Part shown: positions 58,263 through 64,000 of the stretch, piece by piece
How positions within the stretch are numbered: the first letter of the stretch is position 1
Layout: each line of letters begins with the position of its first letter
Source: a virus
Lineage: Duplodnaviria; Caudoviricetes
DNA length: 64,000 nt
IMG/VR virus record: IMGVR_UViG_3300021364_000005
Strand: one strand, 5' to 3'
Position numbers and translations under genes: made by a program
The notes under the pieces: model-generated
Told to the model about the DNA's origin: nothing
The model's input: only the letters and a program-made list of their open reading frames with translations
The model's database searches: none

Positions 58263-59348
58263 TTAATCAGCTTGTGCGGCAGTAATATACTTGCCAAACC
58301 GATCATGGAACTCATCAAAGCATTCAACTTCATCAGGATCGATTGGAAGTTGATATTGTGTAAGAGCAAGTTTGATACCCATTACAACAAGTTCGGTTTC
58401 AAAATTGTCCATTGCAAAGCGTAAGAAGTTGTTAACTTTATCGTCAAACTTCTTATCATTTGCATCACACGCTTCTTTTAGTTCATAGCAAAGACTCACA
58501 GTTAAGGAATACATGGCACTGATTTCTTTAGTACCGATCGTCTCTACTTTCCCGTCAAGGATGTCAGTTGGATTAGGCATACTGGCAGCAATTTTACGGT
58601 GAGCCATAAATTTAACTGCAAGTCCTTCACCGACTGCACCACTGACAAGATCTGTTGTTGTATTCTCATCATCATCGTCATCTAACAGTTCTGAAACAAA
58701 CGACCAAGAACGAGGCGTTGCAAAAGAACGGCTTGGCGACTTAGGATCAAAGTCATACAAATCTTTTTTACTAAATGTCAAATAACCAACAACATCGTTG
58801 TGAATACGGTTATCAACTGCCCACTGAAACCAATCATCAAAGTTTACAGCAAGCTCTAAGTGTACAAAACGGTTAGCCAACGGAGCAGGCATACGATATG
58901 TTACACCTTTGTCAGCTTCGCGGTTACCAGCCGCAACAATAAGAACATTGTCTGGTAGTTTGTATTGACCAACCTTACGATTAAGAATTAGCTGATATGC
59001 AGCCGCTTGTACAGCAGGCGCAGCCGAATTCATTTCGTCTAAGAATAAAATAATCCATTTATGTTGTTTTGCAGTTTCTTCGTCTGGAAGTTCTGCAGGT
59101 GCAGCCCACACCATTTTATTATCGTTTGCGGCATAATAGGGGATGCCTTTAATGTCTGTAGGTTCCCAAAGAGACAAACGAACATCAATTACAAGTGCTT
59201 CCATATCAACACCAATTTGATGAATAATGTCCGACTTACCAATACCTGGAGGACCCCAAAGAAACAGAGGACGCTTTTTCTTAAAAGCTCGTGTAATTGA
59301 TTTTTTAGCCTGGTTAGGGCTTACAGTACGTAGTGCTACGCTTTCCAT
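58263..59348 (-). CDS. MoxR-like AAA+ ATPase
   Basis: Walker A GPPGIGKS, Walker B ILFLDE, AAGN sensor, PLANRF arginine finger. Confidence 0.9.
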   Translation of the reverse strand: MESVALRTVSPNQAKKSITRAFKKKRPLFLWGPPGIGKSDIIHQIGVDMEALVIDVRLSLWEPTDIKGIPYYAANDNKMVWAAPAELPDEETAKQHKWIILFLDEMNSAAPAVQAAAYQLILNRKVGQYKLPDNVLIVAAGNREADKGVTYRMPAPLANRFVHLELAVNFDDWFQWAVDNRIHNDVVGYLTFSKKDLYDFDPKSPSRSFATPRSWSFVSELLDDDDDENTTTDLVSGAVGEGLAVKFMAHRKIAASMPNPTDILDGKVETIGTKEISAMYSLTVSLCYELKEACDANDKKFDDKVNNFLRFAMDNFETELVVMGIKLALTQYQLPIDPDEVECFDEFHDRFGKYITAAQAD

Positions 59349-59396
59349 TTTGTATTCCTTTTACTAGTGCCATTTGTTATTACTAACTATACATAT

Positions 59397-59425
59397 AATA
59401 TAGCACCGCTTTAGTAAAAGGTCAA
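59397..59425 (-). promoter_or_regulatory. Sigma70-type promoter for the AAA gene
   Basis: TTGACC, 17 bp spacer, TATATT (TG extended) on the minus strand. Confidence 0.55.
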
Positions 59426-59814
59426 CCTTTTTCTGCGTTTTTTTGTCGAGAAATTGCTTTTGTTAGTCCAAATTTTCTTACATCGCCACTAAAAAGACTA
59501 AGCTCTAATGCTTTCTTTTCGTTCGTTACACAAATACTTCTTGGACCTAAGTAATATGGACAGTCGATAAACTGATCTAACCATATAATTACATTTGTCG
59601 TAAACTCCATATCTTTGGGATATGGTACATCGTAAATCTTTAAGTCTAATTTTTCTACCAGAAAGTCATAGCCATCTTCTGTCAATCGAAGTCCACCGCT
59701 TTCCTTGTTTCTAGTATTTTTCCAAAGTCTGTGTAAGTAGTCTTTTACTGTAGCTTCATTTATAGAAATATCAGCTTGCTTCAGAAAAATTTTAGTATAA
59801 AGTTCTTTATTCAT
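59422..59814 (-). CDS. Hypothetical protein
   Basis: In-operon ORF with 8 nt overlap. Confidence 0.6.
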   Translation of the reverse strand: MNKELYTKIFLKQADISINEATVKDYLHRLWKNTRNKESGGLRLTEDGYDFLVEKLDLKIYDVPYPKDMEFTTNVIIWLDQFIDCPYYLGPRSICVTNEKKALELSLFSGDVRKFGLTKAISRQKNAEKG

Positions 59815-60103
59815 TGTTTTCTGTCACTTTTTCGCCGTCTGTTAGTTTAACAACGCAAAACTGATCAGTATTAAATAATTCATTCAGTCTAGTAGCAAGA
59901 TTAAATGCATGACCGGGATTAGAAAAACTAGTCTTCTTATACTTAGGTCCGGGGTAATTTGTTAATGCATTAGAACTTTTTAAATTAAATGGAGCATCAT
60001 TATAAAATACAGCCCAAATAGAATCTGCCTCTAAAACTTGCTCCATTCTGTAAGTTTTTTTATTTATGTACTCTAAAATTACTTTGGGCTTAGGTCTGCT
60101 CAT
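59807..60103 (-). CDS. Hypothetical protein
   Basis: ATG start; ATAAATA upstream at 60134-28. Confidence 0.6.
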   Translation of the reverse strand: MSRPKPKVILEYINKKTYRMEQVLEADSIWAVFYNDAPFNLKSSNALTNYPGPKYKKTSFSNPGHAFNLATRLNELFNTDQFCVVKLTDGEKVTENNE

Positions 60104-60141
60104 ATACGTATCCTTTATATACGTATATATTTATCTCTTTT

Positions 60142-60384
60142 TTACCAAGAATTCCCACCGTCAACGGAGATATTGACTACTTCGTTTTGTCCTGAATATT
60201 GCTTTTGAAGTAATTGTTCTAAGTCACCATTTAGTCTTGACATAACTTCACCTAAAGTAAATGCTAAACCTTTTGCTTGTTGCATTGTAAGTTTAACTTC
60301 TTTGGCATTACTTGAATCTGCTGCCTTTACATTTTGAATAAACGATGTTATAGGAAATGTATTAATTGGTTGATCTGACTGCAT
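60142..60384 (-). CDS. Hypothetical protein
   Basis: 80 aa in-operon ORF. Confidence 0.55.
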   Translation of the reverse strand: MQSDQPINTFPITSFIQNVKAADSSNAKEVKLTMQQAKGLAFTLGEVMSRLNGDLEQLLQKQYSGQNEVVNISVDGGNSW

Positions 60385-60841
60385 ATGATAACTCCTCTCT
60401 CATTACACTAGATGTTTTAAAGGGTCCTTTATAATTATACTTTTGTAAAGTTACTAGTTTCGGACAGAAACTTTTAACCCAACCTTTATCAAATTGGATA
60501 ATGTAATAACCAGCACAATACAGACTTTTAGATTTCTCACTTTTCGTAAATAAAGGAAGTTTGTTTTTTACATCATAAATGATATTATAAGGTGTAGTGC
60601 TTGTAGGGAAATCATATGCAATTTTATCTACTGACTCAGCATCACTGACAGTGTTCTGTGACCATTGTATTTTTGTTCCAAGGTCTTTAGTAAGAGCATT
60701 TTTTGTAGGATAAAGTTTTGTACCTGTATCGCAAGTGTACATATATTGTTCATCTGATACAGAAAGAGTACCGATATTACTACCGTTACTTTCTAATATC
60801 CAAAACTTGTTATCAATAATTGTTTTTGCTTTAATTGTCAT
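60362..60841 (-). CDS. Hypothetical protein
   Basis: ATG at 60841 (MTIKAKT) overlaps the rnh stop. Confidence 0.6.
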   Translation of the reverse strand: MTIKAKTIIDNKFWILESNGSNIGTLSVSDEQYMYTCDTGTKLYPTKNALTKDLGTKIQWSQNTVSDAESVDKIAYDFPTSTTPYNIIYDVKNKLPLFTKSEKSKSLYCAGYYIIQFDKGWVKSFCPKLVTLQKYNYKGPFKTSSVMREELSYAVRSTN

Positions 60842-61821
60842 ATAGGTAGCCTCGCTTGTAATGGTTCTGAAAATGTCTGTACTTGGTCTGCTACTCGTTG
60901 CATATCCCACTTAGCACAGAACTTTAATAACCGTACCCCTACGGTATTAATTTGTTTTTGTTCTACTTGATTGATAGTAGTATTAATTATCTCTCTAATA
61001 TCTTCTGGTTGTGCTGTTAAGTCGCACAATGTTACATTGCGGTTGTAGTCGTCCAAAACACGGTGCTCAACGCCATTATGATCAACCCAACGCTGTAGCA
61101 TAAGATTATTCCAGTTATAACCTTTCGTAGATTTATCTTCAAATGCTTCAATTAGTCCTACCTTATTCTTTGTGCCTTTCTTACGTACACCAGGATATGC
61201 GGAGAACACATTATCACTTGTGTCGCCACGCATACACTTTTCAAATAACATCCATTCAGGATGCGGTGCAGGCTTAGGTTCTTTAGTTTTCTTATCAATA
61301 ACCTCTTTGCCTTTGTCGTCAAAGTAACCTTCATGTGTAATAGTTGTGTTACTAACACCATTATATTGACGCACATTAGGTGCAATTAACTGTGCGAAGT
61401 CACCATCAGTTGAAATAATAACATGATTGTCATTAGGGTGTGTCTGCACCCATCCTGCAATAAGATCATCTGCTTCTAGCACCTTATTATGTAATACAGT
61501 GCAGTTAGTTTTTTCAGATACAAATGCTTTAAACTCGTCAAATACTTCAAAGAAAATTTTATCTTCTTCTGCTTCTCGTGGGCTCATAGCATCACGATGC
61601 TCTTTGCGGTTGCGTTTGTAAGGCTCATAATAGTCTTTACGCCAACTACGTCCTTCTAAGCAAAAAACAACATGATCAGCATTAAAGTCATTCCATGCTT
61701 TTCTGATACTCTGTAGAGTAACGTGTAATGCCATGCCTACTTTCGTGTCAATATCTCCACGCACTACATGACGGGCACGGAAAAACGTATTCATTGTGTC
61801 TACAAGTACATAAGTTGCCAT
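60838..61821 (-). CDS. rnh: T4-type RNase H / 5'-3' exonuclease (flap endonuclease fold)
   Basis: LVDTMN, EADDLIA, ISTDGDFAQL, GDTSDN. Confidence 0.85.
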   Translation of the reverse strand: MATYVLVDTMNTFFRARHVVRGDIDTKVGMALHVTLQSIRKAWNDFNADHVVFCLEGRSWRKDYYEPYKRNRKEHRDAMSPREAEEDKIFFEVFDEFKAFVSEKTNCTVLHNKVLEADDLIAGWVQTHPNDNHVIISTDGDFAQLIAPNVRQYNGVSNTTITHEGYFDDKGKEVIDKKTKEPKPAPHPEWMLFEKCMRGDTSDNVFSAYPGVRKKGTKNKVGLIEAFEDKSTKGYNWNNLMLQRWVDHNGVEHRVLDDYNRNVTLCDLTAQPEDIREIINTTINQVEQKQINTVGVRLLKFCAKWDMQRVADQVQTFSEPLQARLPI

Positions 61822-61854
61822 AATTATAACCTATCTATATTAATTATATGTACT

Positions 61855-61883
61855 ATTATTACATATATGTGTTAATTTGTCAA
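61855..61883 (-). promoter_or_regulatory. Sigma70-type promoter for rnh
   Basis: TTGACA, 17 bp spacer, AATAAT with TG extension on the minus strand. Confidence 0.5.
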
Positions 61884-62285
61884 GCAAAATTCTTCCTCAA
61901 TATACCGTTTTAGTTCATGATCCCCGACATTTTCAGGTAGTTCTTTTTTATAAAATAGTCTATAACTGTCTGATCCGTACTTACCAATTCCGTATAGTTC
62001 TGTTGCATCATTTCCGTCCCAGTCACCGAACTGTTCACTCATGCGATATAGTCTTTCTGCTCTTATCCTACGCATACCAAGTGGTGCAATTACTTCTTCA
62101 ATCTCTTTGCGTGTTGCATAAAGCAATGCTTCATGGGTTGGCCAGCGTTTGAAAAATTTAGGAAGTACAGATTTAACTTGTTTTCTTCCAGTTTGGTTGA
62201 GACATATGACACCTACCATATGCTGCCATATGTTATCTACCTGTTGTTGTACCATTAAATCGTCACGCATGGTTTCCTCATACAT
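61872..62285 (-). CDS. HhH-GPD DNA glycosylase, MBD4-like
   Basis: I.LNQT, PLG...RA, ELYGIGKYGSDSY HhH motif with catalytic Asp. Confidence 0.8.
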   Translation of the reverse strand: MYEETMRDDLMVQQQVDNIWQHMVGVICLNQTGRKQVKSVLPKFFKRWPTHEALLYATRKEIEEVIAPLGMRRIRAERLYRMSEQFGDWDGNDATELYGIGKYGSDSYRLFYKKELPENVGDHELKRYIEEEFCLTN

Positions 62286-62859
62286 AGCTAGTGTTGAAAC
62301 TTATTACTTGTCTTTTCTCAGTGCTTGTTTCCATTTTAGTCTCATGTTCTAACCAGCTAGGAAAGATGTAAAGCGTTAAAGGTTTTGGTTTGACATAGTG
62401 ATAGTATGTATTATGTTCATTCTCGCCATCGAATAAGTCAAACATCCTGTAAGGTTTAAGAGGGCTATGAAACATCAGTTCGGCACTATCATCTGCGCCT
62501 TGCACATACAATGCACCACTGCATACACTTCCTTCGTGTCTATGCGGCATCACTTTTGCACCTTTAGATGTTATGTTAGTCCAACAATTTGTAATGCCTA
62601 ATTTGCGCAAGTTTAATAGTTTCTCGTATTCTGCAATACAAGTAAACAAAATATCACCTAACCAATCAAAACCTTCTGCATCAGTTAATAAATTTTGATA
62701 CACAGCATAAGTGCTTACACCATCTCTTATTAAGTCGTGTGTCTCGCAAACTGATTCTAAATTTTTTAACTGTTCTATTTGGCTTTCATTTATAACTTCT
62801 TCTAAATTATATTCTAATATGCTAGTCGGAAAGACGCTATGTAAGCCAATTTGTATCAT
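62278..62859 (-). CDS. Putative 2OG-Fe(II) oxygenase (phage TIGR02466-like)
   Basis: WTN...PHRH..SVCSGALYV...IFPSWLEH...R..ISFN. Confidence 0.75.
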   Translation of the reverse strand: MIQIGLHSVFPTSILEYNLEEVINESQIEQLKNLESVCETHDLIRDGVSTYAVYQNLLTDAEGFDWLGDILFTCIAEYEKLLNLRKLGITNCWTNITSKGAKVMPHRHEGSVCSGALYVQGADDSAELMFHSPLKPYRMFDLFDGENEHNTYYHYVKPKPLTLYIFPSWLEHETKMETSTEKRQVISFNTSYV

Positions 62860-63257
62860 GAAACTTCGCTTTTGCCTTTATCAATTGGTACAACGTTAAT
62901 AAACCCTGCACCTCTATCGGTGCTTTGTCCCTCTGCTTCTAACATATTGTAAACAATATCACGGAACCAACGATCCACAATTTCTTCTTCTGGATCACCT
63001 TCACTACCGTATCCTGCTGTCATTAGTTCTTGTATAAAATATTCATTCCAATCTAATTCAAAAAAGCCATTGCGAACATTTTCTTCGTTTACTTTAACAT
63101 CAAGTACACTTACCCAAGGTTCTTTACGCTTTGTTGCATACGCTTTAGGATCTTTCTTTTTAAGAAGTTCAGCTTTTTCAGTTTCTATTTGTTTTTTTTC
63201 TGCTTCTAAACGCTCTTCTTCTTTTTTGTCTCTTACGAGTTTATTCCACCAACCCAT
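62856..63257 (-). CDS. Hypothetical protein
   Basis: 133 aa ORF with ATGA-type coupling. Confidence 0.6.
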   Translation of the reverse strand: MGWWNKLVRDKKEEERLEAEKKQIETEKAELLKKKDPKAYATKRKEPWVSVLDVKVNEENVRNGFFELDWNEYFIQELMTAGYGSEGDPEEEIVDRWFRDIVYNMLEAEGQSTDRGAGFINVVPIDKGKSEVS

Positions 63258-63412
63258 TATAGTCCTGCCTCCCTAGCACGTTTTTCTAAATCTACGTCTG
63301 CTTCTTTACGATTAACTGCATCGTATGAAGGATAACCTTTTTCAAATACAGGAGCTTCAAATGCTTGTTCATGCTTCTTTGCTTTCTCCACAGTCTTAGG
63401 TCCCCCATGCAT
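63257..63412 (-). CDS. Possible small ORF (51 aa)
   Basis: Fills the gap between queE and the next gene; it is the C-terminal part of the 185 aa track ORF. Confidence 0.25.
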   Translation of the reverse strand: MHGGPKTVEKAKKHEQAFEAPVFEKGYPSYDAVNRKEADVDLEKRAREAGL

Positions 63413-64000
63413 TTCCGAATAAGCTAATGTGGAGTCTTGGACTGAATCGCCATCCTCGCTCCATGCACGAGTTGGCCACTTCTGCCACGTTAAGATTATA
63501 CTCTTCCGAACGTCCGCCAAGCGGCATAAGATATACTGGACACTCGACGCCTGCATCACGATATTCTTGAACAGCACGACCAACTTCTTCAAAGTCGTCC
63601 ATACTAGCCACGACAAATTTAAAATACTGGCTACTGTTAGTAACACTGGCGTAATCACTAGCAACATCAGGCAAGATAGCATCACTCCAAGATTCTCCTG
63701 AAACGGAGAGTTTAGGCGAACAACTAAATGTTGTTTTGAATCTTGCATTGTCTGAAAGATATCGCTTGAAATCTTTGTGTAAAGGTTGTGTAGTGTTTGT
63801 TTCAAATGTAACATTTTTTAAGTCCCTCATTTTCGGATGTTCAAACAGCTCGACATACAGTCGTTGCCAAGCAAGTAATGGCTCACCGCCAGTAAGAATA
63901 AGATGAATGTCTTGTCCATTATCCATAGTCCATTTACCTTCTGGTAGTAAACTAATCAAATGATCAACAACTTCATCTACTTCTGCTAGTTTGTTAAAGT
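63396..64000 (-). CDS. queE: 7-carboxy-7-deazaguanine synthase-like radical SAM protein, 5'-truncated
   Basis: LILTGGEP, TFETN, SCSPK, KFVV, YLMP, FSPRLH; the frame is open to the window end, so CxxxCxxC lies outside the window. Confidence 0.8.
   Translation of the reverse strand, partial: FNKLAEVDEVVDHLISLLPEGKWTMDNGQDIHLILTGGEPLLAWQRLYVELFEHPKMRDLKNVTFETNTTQPLHKDFKRYLSDNARFKTTFSCSPKLSVSGESWSDAILPDVASDYASVTNSSQYFKFVVASMDDFEEVGRAVQEYRDAGVECPVYLMPLGGRSEEYNLNVAEVANSCMERGWRFSPRLHISLFGNAWGT

Noticed and set aside
63257-63814. 185 aa minus-strand ORF overlapping queE
   Set aside because: It is mostly an alternate-frame shadow of queE; only the last ~51 codons might be real.
1-64000. Stop-codon reassignment or selenocysteine readthrough
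   Set aside because: Long genes are intact in the standard code, and TAA, TAG and TGA all end genes at coupled junctions.
1-64000. CRISPR arrays, tRNAs, rRNA, introns, inteins, transposases, DGR
   Set aside because: No intergenic gap exceeds ~140 nt, and no spaced direct repeats, cloverleafs, intein termini or RT/transposase motifs were seen by eye. A small element could still have been missed without tools.

Overview
This AT-rich window comes from a large T4-like (myovirus-type) phage genome. The evidence is tail-collar and fibre genes, a T4-type RNase H, and ATAAATA late-promoter motifs in almost every intergenic gap. It has three parts. (1) 1-16.9 kb is a virion module: a 5'-truncated structural protein of more than 3,290 aa carrying a symmetric coiled-coil hairpin insert, followed by three paralogous fibre genes. 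(2) 16.9-53.8 kb is a roughly 37 kb enzyme island. It encodes 13 radical SAM genes (14 radical SAM domains, 8 with an N-terminal twitch module, one protein carrying two complete radical SAM domains, one B12-binding type), a stand-alone SPASM protein, 3 glycosyltransferase-like genes, 4 2OG-Fe(II) oxygenase-like genes, 4 PP-loop ATPases, 2 membrane desaturases, 2 methyltransferases, and one each of GNAT, SDR, nitroreductase and nitronate-monooxygenase/FabK-like enzymes. Fibre genes bracket the island on both sides. (3) 53.7-64 kb is a minus-strand block: a fibre gene, conserved hypotheticals, a MoxR AAA ATPase/vWA pair, RNase H, an MBD4-like glycosylase, a 2OG oxygenase and a truncated queE. 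The best candidate for an undescribed system is the radical-SAM-rich island; its product is unknown (virion or fibre glycan decoration, modified peptide, lipid or modified DNA). All family calls come from motifs read by eye; no database search was run.
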